The notes beneath the pieces are model-generated. The model ran no database searches, had not been told where the DNA came from, and was given only the letters and a program-made list of their open reading frames with translations. Positions 48,483-58,711 of a stretch of DNA of 64,000 nucleotides are shown here, in pieces (within the stretch, counting starts at the first letter, position 1; every line of letters begins with the position of its first letter). The stretch is from NCBI GenBank assembly GCA_030704615.1, contig CM060734.1, forward strand, positions 47,430,001 to 47,494,000, in the 5' to 3' direction. A program made the position numbers and the translations under genes. The DNA is from Takakia lepidozioides (lineage: Eukaryota > Plantae > Bryophyta).

Positions 48483-50025
48483 ATTTCAAGCTGACCAACT
48501 GGTAAAATATAAGGGTCCATGATGAGCAGCTTATAGCTCAGGTACTTCTCAAGGCGCCGTTCAACTGCACATTGTTCCAGATGGACGTAGAAACCTATGG
48601 AGACATCTGGTTTTTATTGTGGCGCAGCTCCTGTAGTGCAGTTACAAGGTCCAAAGTTTCTAGGATCCATCGATCGATTTTTGGAGTTCACCTAAGTCAA
48701 AAAAAAATGTCTAACCCCTGGAATCTGAGACAGTGGATTCAGAGTGAAGCTCTAGAGAGTGAAGAGAACATAGAACTAGGACATTATATCAGACTGTTTG
48801 TGACTGTAGATGAAGCCCGGATAATTAGGGTACCCACCTGGGTGAAATGGGACATGTTGAGGTAGATTAATTGGAAGCAGGGTACTTTTGAAAATGCGCC
48901 TTTGCAAAAGATTACTTTAGATTCTTTTGACGATGGCCCTAGCCGTGCATGTCACTCAAATTGGACTTGTAGCCTTTCAAGGTGCTGTGCACAGAAAATT
49001 AGTTAGAGAAATAGCGTTCCGGCCAGGGCCCATGCTCGGCCGGCCCATGTCTCTAGAGTTTGTATATGATCTAGATTGCTTCTAGGGACTTTTTAAATTT
49101 CTTTTTTCTCAAGATATGTGTTTGTGTTTTAATCATGGATCATTAGAGATCAGGAGGATGTAGCAAGCGTAACTTATAGTGTCACTTCACCCCAACAGGC
49201 TCCCGCACTTCGAAGGTGGCCCTTTACCGGGGAAACGCCCCATGGATCAGTATTCGCAAGAGCACTCTCCATTGAGCTTGGAATCAGGACCTGATTGTGG
49301 AGACTAGACATGCATACATGTAATTTATACACGGCGAGTGTCAGGCTCGCACTAAACTCGTGACTGGTACTGTCATGATGCAAGGTTCATCCCAGTGATT
49401 AATTAATGTAGATACTCGACAACAAGGCGGTGAAGCCCTAGAAAATATTCATGGCGAAGATCTCAATTCGCAATTCATGTTGCGACATGAATTGTCACAA
49501 GAACCATCCTGGCTCCACTCTGACAACTACATACAAAAGCTTCGCTAGAAAGTGAAGCTCACAAGCTATGGTGGCAGGAGCCAGCTCACACGAAGCCTGC
49601 GTGGGCACGACGGCATAGTCACCGTCTACAAGATAGATGAACGTCATCCATCATCCAAAAACATGTCGGCTTCAACTTGTTCCAACCATGGGAACATGTA
49701 CGCTATCTAACACGGATCGAACCCTCGTACCCTCATCCCTTCAAATAAAACTCATGTTGCGTCAACGTTTTTTTTTTTTTGTTTCTTTTTCCTTAAGCGT
49801 TTTTTATTGTCCAATTTTCGCCAGATTTCGACCTCAAAAAATAAAATGGAATATTCTGTCGAAAATTCCCTGTTTTTCGTGGATGAAATCGCCAAATTTT
49901 TCCAAATAAAAAATAAATGATATAAATGGATTAAAGTACAGATATGGATGAATTTCAGTGGATGAACAGAATGTACCGCTTTTTTCTGCAAAACCCTGTA
50001 GCCACTCGTGCTGTTTTCCAAATTT

Positions 50026-50205
50026 CTTAATAGTGAGAGGAGAAAATAACCTCTTTCACAGTAACCAGCCATGAGGCGTAGGAATGGGACACCACCCAGT
50101 AACCATACCACACCCGTCAGTAGCAAGATTTGACCCCAGAGTCGTCACTATTAAGTGGCATGATTTGTGAGCTGTCGCTCCCAGGTGTTTCCCTTTTTTT
50201 TTTTT
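50026..50205. mobile_element. tRNA-derived SINE copy with inverted 5' part (SINE-3)
   Basis: 50026-50143 is the reverse complement of the SINE-1 body (B-box-like ggggtcaaatc; gaaagaggttattttctcct). 50145-50193 is the forward 3' end (gatttgtgagctgtcgctcccagg), followed by a T tail. Confidence 0.8.
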
Positions 50206-50252
50206 GGTTAACAGGGTTGGAGCCATGGTTAGCTTTATTCTGAAATATTTTT

Positions 50253-52795
50253 GGTGGGCGAGGCCCTTACATAGATGGTTATTGGGAGGGAAAAAATTAA
50301 ACCCTCTAATTACGCCATAAGGCACACACACCGTAGTTAGTGAATTGGAGCCTAACCACTCATGATGAGTAATAACGAACTGTCCGGCCCGAGGCCTTTT
50401 TGCGTAATGCTACGAAGTGGTGGCGATCCCCACCGGATTCGATAATGTATGTTCCTCAAACCATAGATGCTAGAATAAAAAAACTAGCTACGGTTCAGGC
50501 CTGCTTCAGCGGATTGCTTGCCCAAAGGACTTAGCGGAAGCTGAGCCTGGAGGCCTTTGATGATTGCTTAACGTGCTTCCAGTTGATATCCCTGTCAAAC
50601 TCCGGCGAGGCTGTGGACAGTACCCGTGGCGTCTCCCCAAGCCCTTGGGGGCAGTTTGTTCCAGTCGCAACGATCCGGGGAGGGGCTGTTGCAGATAATT
50701 CCATCCCACCCCCAGGTCGCAATGAAGGTAGAGTGGAGTCGGGTAGCTTGTTGGTCCGATCATGCTCTTTCGATATCAACACATAGTTTTTTCCATTCAA
50801 TTTGCATGTCCATGTAGATTTTTGCTGAAGTTCTAGTTGTTTTTGCATTGAAAGTTTTTTCGCATCTTATTTTCCAGAGGTGCCAGAGCGTTGCGCTTCT
50901 AAGAGTATCGTAAACTGGGCAGTGATTGGCTTTTGTTTTTGTTGTTGGGTGATAGTTCAGCAGAATGGCCGCCGGGGGTGAGGTTTATGTGCCCCCAAGT
51001 CTGGTAGAAGCTTGCGACGAGGGGCCATACTGTTGTTGGTCTGTGACAGTGGAGTAGGCAATGCTCTACTGTTTCCATTAGGGCAGCCAAACAACATTTG
51101 CAGAGGAGGGCAACATCAAATCCCAACCATTCCCCCACTTTTATTGCCATGTTTGCTATATGCCAGAGCAACGCTGCTACCTTGGCTGTTCTTGTTTTGT
51201 TCCAGATCGTCCCCCAGATGGAGTTCCAATTCTCAATCTGGTAGTTCAGGTGACTCCATCTCTCGTTCCATTTACCCAATAGGGGCTGGGGGTTCAGCAT
51301 TGCCGAGTAGGCTTTTTTGATTGTGTACTCAAAGAATGGCTTGGGGGATGGTCTGAATTTCCAATGCCACTCTTTGGGATCCATGTCCAGATCTGTAGGG
51401 GTCTCCCACCAATCCATACGAATGTTTGATTGGCCAGCCAGCTTATCAAAGAAGTGGTGAGCGGTGGGAGAGGGTTCATCTCCTTAGCTAGGGATGACCA
51501 CCAACAGATCCTTATAGGGTGGTGGGTGAAACGTGGGGTGGGTAGGGGTTGACGGTTTTGAAAGGTAAGCCCATGGAGTTCACTTTGCAGTGAAAGTGAT
51601 ATCCAGAGAATTGGTAATCGGTTTTTTCGGTGACAAACAGAATGGTAATAGTGCTGTTGATTATTCCCAGCATCCAGAAAGTGTCATTGGGCGTTACTGG
51701 GCCTTTAATAAGGTTAGGTAGCCATAGTGCTGACATTGATCGGAGAATGATATCGTATGACTTGGTGGCTCTGGCTGCACCTACGGAGGCTGCAATTTGA
51801 TCTTTTGACAGGAAGCTGGCATTCGACCAGATGTGTTTGACCTTCTGAATGCATTTTTACCTCCGAGCCTGGTTTTTGTGATCTGCATATGGGATATTGG
51901 TATTGAGAAACAGGGATTGGCGGAGGGTTTCTTCGTACGATTCCGGGTCTGATTTTGTAAGATAGGGCCTGAGCTTGGCCCATGCCTGCCAGATTGCCGT
52001 CCACAGGGGGGATCCGACTTGTTTGTGTTTAAAGCCATTTACCATCCATCTGTAAAAAGGGTTCCAGATAACCGTCTTCAGCGGAGAGGCCAAGGCAATG
52101 TTGTCGCATACCAGGTGTTTCCAGACCCCTCCTTCTGGTCCCATAAACTTGGGGATCCATTTCGCTAGAAGTGTTGTAAACTGAGTTTGTGGGTCTATAA
52201 TGCCCAGGCCCCCTTTCTTTTTTGGTAGGCATATCTGCTTCCACGACACATGTGGCATTTTTTTCTCCAAGGGGTGCTTTGCCCCCCAGACAAAGTTGCA
52301 CAGGAGCTTTTTCATTTCCTTCACTTGCATTTCGTTGGGCCTCCATGCTGAGGCGAAATACCATTGGCCAGCTGATAGGACTTGATTGGCTACCAGCTCC
52401 CTACCAGTTATAGACAAGTGGTAGCTGCCCCAATGAGCTAGCTTGGTTCTAAATTTGGCTTGTGTTGCCTCAAAAATTTGTTGATCCAATAGATCTATTC
52501 CATACATATAACCTAGCAAGGTTGTTGATTGCCCTGGTTTCAGCTATCTAAGACCTTTATCTTGTCCCCAAATTGGGTCTACTCCCAGAGTTGAGGCCGA
52601 GGTTTCTCCCACCAGAAGGGCACATATTTTACCCCATTTAACCTTGAATCAAGAGGCTTGGCAGAATGCTTGCAGTAAACTGCTGGCATTGTCTAGATTG
52701 GAGTGTGTGGCATGTAAAGCTAGGAATCGTCTAATCGTCTATGAACATAGATTCCTTAATTTGTTGCGGCTAGTGTAGCCCTTTTTGATTTCTTA
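50253..52795 (-). mobile_element. 5'-truncated, decayed L1-clade LINE (LINE-B)
   Basis: RT C-terminal half (ESMFIDD; SITGRELVANQVL; VSWKQICLPKKKGGLGIIDP) and a zf-RVT-like segment (LLWHIA...CKCC...ETVEHCLLHC). Homologous to, but clearly diverged from, LINE-A. The 3' UTR ends near 50253. Confidence 0.9.
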
Positions 52796-52834
52796 AAACA
52801 GAACAAAACCACAAACAAAAAATAAATAAATAAT

Positions 52835-53057
52835 CTGCATATCAGCTGGTAAGTGCACAGTGTGTCGCCCTGGTGGTTCGGGGTTCAAACCCGCTGCCCT
52901 GCCTGGTGTGTGGATAGTTCTTGACCGGTTGGTCTGGTGGTGACGTTCCCACCTGTGTGCCTAATGGCTTATCTGAAAGTTCCCCCTCCTCAAGGGCCTG
53001 AATTGTGAGCAGTCGCTCCCAGGTTTCCTTACAAGATCTTTTTTTTGTTTTTTATTT
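52835..53057 (+). mobile_element. tRNA-derived SINE (SINE-2)
   Basis: Degenerate A box (tatcagctggt), B box GGTTCAAACCC at 52882-52892, 3' end aagggcctgaattgtgagcagtcgctcccagg shared with SINE-1 and SINE-3, T-rich tail. Confidence 0.78.
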
Positions 53058-53107
53058 AAACTTAAAAGAACACTTTGAAAAACTGGAAAAAAAAAAAACG
53101 CTAACCA

Positions 53108-53350
53108 CCAGCCGGTAGCTCAGTTGGACAGAGCACTGAGTGCCACCTAGTTGATTCTGGGTTCAAATCCTGCTACCTTGTCCGGTGTGGTATATTCTTC
53201 TCCCCCTTCCCTTGGGCAGTGTCCCTAGAGCCTTGCAATCGACGTCGCATGGCGAGGTTACCATGAAAGAGGTTATTTTCTCCTATCACCACAATTAAGG
53301 GGCCTGATTTGTGAGCGGTCGCTCCCGGGTATTTCCCTTTATTTTTATTT
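53108..53350 (+). mobile_element. tRNA-derived SINE (SINE-1)
   Basis: A box TAGCTCAGTTGG at 53116-53127 within a D-arm-like GCTC...GAGC, and B box GGTTCAAATCC at 53160-53170. No proper anticodon or acceptor stem. Non-tRNA body, 3' hairpin GAGC-ggtc-GCTC, T-rich tail. Confidence 0.85.
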
Positions 53351-53459
53351 AATTGTTTTTTAAAACAAAAACATTACGTCTAAGTCCGATGTCCATGTGT
53401 TCATGTGACATATTAGTATTTTTACTTTTTATTTGTATATTTATTCTGGTGATGGGGAG

Positions 53460-53467
53460 TATAAATA
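53460..53467 (+). promoter_or_regulatory. Candidate TATA box of LHP1
   Basis: TATAAATA followed ~50 bp later by a CT-rich leader upstream of the LHP1 ORF. Confidence 0.4.
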
Positions 53468-54054
53468 GGATTTGAAGCGGAGAAGGGCGTTTGCCTCCCG
53501 CGTCGTGTGCAGGCTCTCTCTCTCTTTTGTTTTCTGTGTCTCTCTCGTTCTCTCGCTGGCAGTGTGTGCATCTGCCGTTCGGATCGTGGAAGCAGCTCTG
53601 ATGGGGATGAGCAGGGATGGTGCACTGTACAGTGGGGAAGCAGGAATGTCTAGGAGGTTTTTATGAGGAGGATTCGGGGAGATTGGATGGAGGCCAAGTT
53701 GTGGATGTGTGATTGGTGCAGGGTGCAGAGGGTTGGGGTTGTGCTGTGTGGGGGGTAGAGGTGGGATAGTGTGAGGTTCTGAGAGAGTGTGGAGGTGGTG
53801 GAGTGGTCGGGGGGTGATGGGGTTGCAACAAGTCGGGGGAGGGGAGGAATGGTGGTTTTAGGGCACACAGAAAGAGGCATGTTGAAGGAGCGGTCGAGCG
53901 GGAGCAGCGTGCGCAGGAGGGGAGCGGCGATGGTGCGGCGGCGGTGGCGGCTCCCCGGCTGCGTCCTGTGCAGGAAGTCATCGCCGGCTCCAAAGAGCGG
54001 CCCAGACGTTCTGCTGCTGGAGTGAAGAGGGATTGGGATATGGTTTTCCCCTCC

Positions 54055-56969
54055 ATGAGCAAGGAGAGAAGCAGCAGTGCAGGGATGGAGGGTGGGCGGG
54101 GGAAGAAAGCCAGAAAAACAGCCTCTTCCATCGTGAAAGAGGGTGGTAAAGCAGGAAAGCATCTGAAACAACGGGCCAAAGAGGCTTCTGAAGAGTCTAA
54201 CATTGACGACCATGATGAAGAAGATGAAGAGAGCGACGATGAGGATGGATTTCAGCTCCAGGAAGTCTTGGGAGAAGGGATGTTTGAAGTGGAAGCAATC
54301 AGAAAGAAGCGCACTCGTAAGGTAGGGAACTTTGAGATTCTTTATTGTAAGTAAAAAGCTTCACTCGACAGAACTAGGAAACCATTCCAAATATAGAGCT
54401 TTCTCCTTGTTTACGGACGAAATGATCAAGGTTGCATCTCTGGCATGGGGATCAATACTGCGACCCTCTAAAGTGCAATAGCTTGTTGTGTTAGAGGGAC
54501 CTCCAATTGGTGGGAATTCAATGCTCTGTAGCGCTTGCTTATGGCGGTGAAAACGGTTTGCTATTATGGTTGCGCATGGAATGATGTTTAAAGAGCATTA
54601 CTGAGACTGCAATTGCTTATTTGTTTGACCGTGCAGATCCAATGTTGGTATCTACTGTATTTGTTTATCCAGGAATGTCGTACAATAGGCAAGGGATTGC
54701 TATGTTTGAATGTTGATAAGCGGGTTACAGATTTCGACAGCTGTAATGCTGGGTGCGCAAGTGACCTTAACAGTTTAAAAGGGCTGTAGAGTTGAACTGG
54801 TTGGCACTAACTAACATTGTTGTTTTGTTTATGTTGTGTTTTTGGGTCAGGGCAAGAAGGAGTATTTGGTCAAATGGTGAGTTAAGGATTTAATATTTGT
54901 TCTCAAATCCTGATGTTTCATGTAGCATCACACAATTCAGGACATTTTCTATTAGGTACACTTGTGCATTTTCAAGCTGTACTGTTTCGAAAATCAAGTG
55001 ACAAGTGTAGCTTCTGGCACAGGCGAGGTTGGCCGGAGAAGGACAACACATGGGAACCATACGCACATGTGGAGCAATGTATTGACATCCTGGAGGACTT
55101 TGAGGAAAGGTGATGTTCACTTCTTTTACTTCTATCTATTAAATCCTTGGTTAGTCATCATGTTTGTCATCATTCACAGTGTCGCGCTGGTTTGGATCTG
55201 AGTAGGTTCAAAGGATCTGGACAGCATGCATGCCTGCTCAAATTGGTCTTGTGGATATGCAGTCAAAAAGCACGGCGTGGCAAGCGTAAGTTTGGGAAAT
55301 ATAGTTTAGACAACAAGAAGAAACGTGGCTCTATGTCTACTGCTGATGAAGATGCTCCAAGTCAAAGTGCAGGGGAGGAAACTGTGAAATCTTCCACAGA
55401 CTCCCATGCTGTCCCACAAGAAAAGGGCCATAATTCACAAGGCCAAGCTTTGCTAGCAGAGAGAATGACTAGTCCTTCATCGGCAGAAGCAGCCCGAACA
55501 TTGCTAGACTTACCAGAGGAAGTTGATAAGAATGGAAAGTCTATTCGCAGCACTTCCCCACCAACTCCCACTGCTGATGTTGCTACTCCTGAGGCAGACA
55601 AGGCAATCAAGGGTACACAAGGTGTGGAAACTTTAGTTGCAGTCAGACAGGGCAAGGTTACTGGGGTTGAGGAGTTGACACTGGCTGCAACTTTAGTAGA
55701 GGCAGTTGCAGATGAGGAGATAGATGAGACAGCCAATGGTCTCAAAATAGAAGAGACCAGTAATCAGGTTGTGAATGGGGCAGGCATGGATGGCCTTATA
55801 GATAAGGCTGCAGCCCAGCTTTCAACAGAAAAGGACACAGGTCCAGGCTTGATTTCACAGTCTCCTGTGACAATGCCTTCTGCTCAAGATAGTTACAGGA
55901 GGGATGAGGAGGAGGTTGAGGTGGGTCCTGTACCCATTAATGTGATTGCAGCCGCTGAGGAACGGATAGTGATGCATGAAAATCAGCAGCCAGAAGAACC
56001 GGGAAGAGTCCTGGACATCAGACAGGTAGATGATGTACTAGACTCAAGAAATGCAGCTGCTGGAAATGAATCCATGGCAGGTCTGGTAGTTAGTTCAAGG
56101 TCTGAGGGCACGATGGCTACTGGAGCAAAGAAGAGGAAGTGTGTTGCTCCACGACGAGTGATACGGAACTCACATTCTGAACAAGAAGCCAAGCAAGCAT
56201 CTGCAGAAGAAAACAATAAAGAAGGTCGACAAACAGTGGAGGAACAGAGAGCAGTTCCTGGGCAGAATTTGGGCAGGTCAACTTCAAAAGATGAAGTGCT
56301 CAAGCCACACGAGTGCCGATCTTCTTGTCCAGAGTCTCAAGGGGCTGAAAACCCCCCTCCATTATCACCAGTGAGGGGTGGGAACCTAGAAATGGCCACT
56401 GTCCCCTGCATCACCCAAATTATCAAGGCTATTAGCTACAGCAACTTGACTACCAATGGAAAGCCAGATGTCTTGGTCATTTTCAAGGCTTCAAGGTGTG
56501 CATCTTTCCATTGGTTGTAGCTTGTGCTTCCAGTTTGTGGGAGATTTTAGGTGATGGCAAACATCAAAGAACCGGCTTTTGCGTGGGGGAAACTAGAAAA
56601 GGAATTCAACTTACAATGGCTGGCTCAATGTTGTGTGTGGGTGGCCAGAGTGGATGGAGAAGACATGGTGGTCGATAACAAGTTCATGCGTGATCACTAC
56701 CCTCTTCTGGTACTCGCTTGCTGCATCTTCCAAGTTAATGGATGACAAGATTAATAGATGCTGCATCTATGTATTTGCATGCTTGTGCGTAATGTCCCTG
56801 TGCCTGTGGGTGATTTAGTCACAATGTTTTAACTTTTAGGGGCTACAGCATGGGATGAAACTGTTAAGGGAAAACACCAGGCTAGGACTCTAACAAAGCA
56901 TGGATTGTGGGAATATTGCAGCTGATTGATTTTTATGAGCAACATCTGCGATATAGCACCGCACAGTAG
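54055..56969 (+). CDS. LHP1: LIKE HETEROCHROMATIN PROTEIN 1 (chromo + chromoshadow domains), ~573 aa
   Basis: Exons 54055 (or 54040)-54321, 54851-54876, 55023-55109, 55263-56495, 56649-56709, 56922-56969. Acidic N-terminus; chromodomain [41 protein letters not shown] motif; chromoshadow ITQIIKAISYS...VVDNKFMRDHYPLLLIDFYEQHLRY. Confidence 0.96.
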
Positions 56970-58041
56970 TTGTGTAACATAGGAGCAATGAGAGCTGCAG
57001 GACTTGGGGGGTCCCGATGATTGTGTATTTATGCTGAAAGCAGCCAGCAATGATGTTGACTGCTAGCTGGCTTGGTTAGTGACAAAGCTCCAATTGGCCC
57101 TTGTGTAAGGAAGGGTTACTCTCTTCTGTGGCAGCTGATGGAGCTAGTGTATGTTTATCTCATTGTAAAGAGGGGCCCGTGTACATGCATATCTACCTTA
57201 GGTTTAGAGATACTAGAAGTTGCTGTACTCTGTCTACAATTTGCCTGAACATCTTCAGTAGAGGCCAATCTTGACCTTTCTGTTGTCGCTGCAACACAGT
57301 TCTAGCGCCTACCATTATCCTTATTTCTTGAGAAAACCTCATGGTTTTCAATAAGAATGTGATTGAACCACAGCCTGCAGCCGGTAGATTAGATAGATAC
57401 ATGCGGCTCAGAGTTGATATTGTACATTGTTATCAGGTTGATCAGTTGGCACAAATGAAAATATCCACTGGCTTGCTGCTGCAACTGTGACACTCAGCAT
57501 CTCCCTTCAAGGTCTCAAAGTTGTATCGAAAAAGCAATCTAGCTTTGCTGTGCTTTTTGTTGTAATCTATACAAGGGTTACTGTCGCTGTCCTGAAGATT
57601 ATGTGAGGAAAATGTGCATTTAATACCTTGGGGCACACCTTTTAAGTCTAGGTGGAGATAGTAATGTGAAATGACCTTTGCAAGGAGCTGTTGCGGTTTC
57701 AGGTTGATGGCAGATGGAGAGCAGGATTGCCAGTGACCTATGTTATGGATGAATACTAGACTGGGAAAGCAAAGACAAGTTCTAGGATTTGGTTTTTGTG
57801 TTTTGCAACTGCATTACCTTCCTCATCTTAGCTTTCCGTTGTCTCCTAGCTTTCTATGAGACTCCCTCCATCTTGCTCATGATACTATCCAAGTATGCAC
57901 AGCTTTACCAGTTGTAGTTAGGTGCAAGAGCCACAGAAATCATGGTAGTGTTCACCTGCCCACGTCCTGTAGACAAACTCCTCCTGGGTATGGTAGTCAT
58001 CTACACCTTTGAGTGAGAAACAAGGATGCCAGTGGTTCATT

Positions 58042-58673
58042 CCAGTGTTGGACTGGTGTTGTATTTTGAACATTTGGATACCATGGTGGTATCAATAATA
58101 CCTGATTGGTGTGGTGTTTTACGGGTATCAATAGCAAGAGTTTTCAGAAATCAATACCAGGGTATTATCAATACTGGTCTGGTATTAAAAAAACTCATGA
58201 TATGTTAAATATTGAAAGGCCCACTTCTCATATAAATGTGTACAATCATGCTTCTCATTGATTTTATTCCTCAAAGTATTCCTCAAGTTCCTCAAAGTAT
58301 TGATACCTAGGTTTTCCACACAAATATGGATATGGTACTGGTATCAGATACCAGATTTTCAACCACCTACCTAGACTGGTAGGGTATTGTCCACAGTATT
58401 AGGAAGCAGATACCAGGCCAATACGGGTATATGCTAGGTAGTGGCCTGAGATCTGAATCGTGAAGAGGGATCTGTACAGTAATTGCGACAGACGCCGATT
58501 TATGTACAGGAAGTTTGGGCTATGTTCTCCATATGGGTCTCCCACTTTATATCCTGGATCTGGATCTGGAAACGTGAAGAGGGATCCAGGATATAAAGGA
58601 TCCAGGATCCAGGATTCAGATCTTTCAAAGGATCCAGATAGGCCCCACTGACATTTTAATGTTTTACACACTG
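58042..58673. mobile_element. Probable non-autonomous hAT-like relic(s) with short subterminal repeats
   Basis: Begins cagtgt and ends acactg. Dense GATACC/GGTATC/GTATT motifs in 58050-58430 and GGATCC/GGATCT motifs in 58445-58640. No convincing TSD; may be two nested elements. Confidence 0.5.
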
Positions 58674-58711
58674 GCAATCTCTACGATGCCAGCAATGGCA
58701 TCCCATTTCAA

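Noticed and set aside
49760-50025. AT-rich repeat-like block (ttttcgccagatttcgacc, tggatgaa) next to SINE-3
   Set aside because: Probably a dispersed repeat, but no termini or second copy are visible in the window.
50359-50385. Hammerhead-ribozyme-like core (atgatga-gt-aata-ac-gaac)
   Set aside because: The conserved CUGA and GAAA are both imperfect, stems I and III are not evident, and it is antisense to LINE-B.
53108-53185. Functional tRNA gene
   Set aside because: A and B boxes are present, but no anticodon arm or acceptor stem can be formed, and it continues into a body shared with two other repeats. Treated as a SINE.
53305-53330. U1 snRNA-like Sm site plus terminal hairpin (atttgtg + stem-loop) in the SINE 3' ends
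   Set aside because: Only ~7 nt of similarity and no other U1 features.
53650-54213. Long antisense ORFs (187 and 180 aa) opposite the LHP1 leader, and similar antisense ORFs over CesA, LHP1 and bZIP exons
   Set aside because: Low-complexity Pro/Ser/Thr products of G-rich sequence, or shadows of real coding exons.
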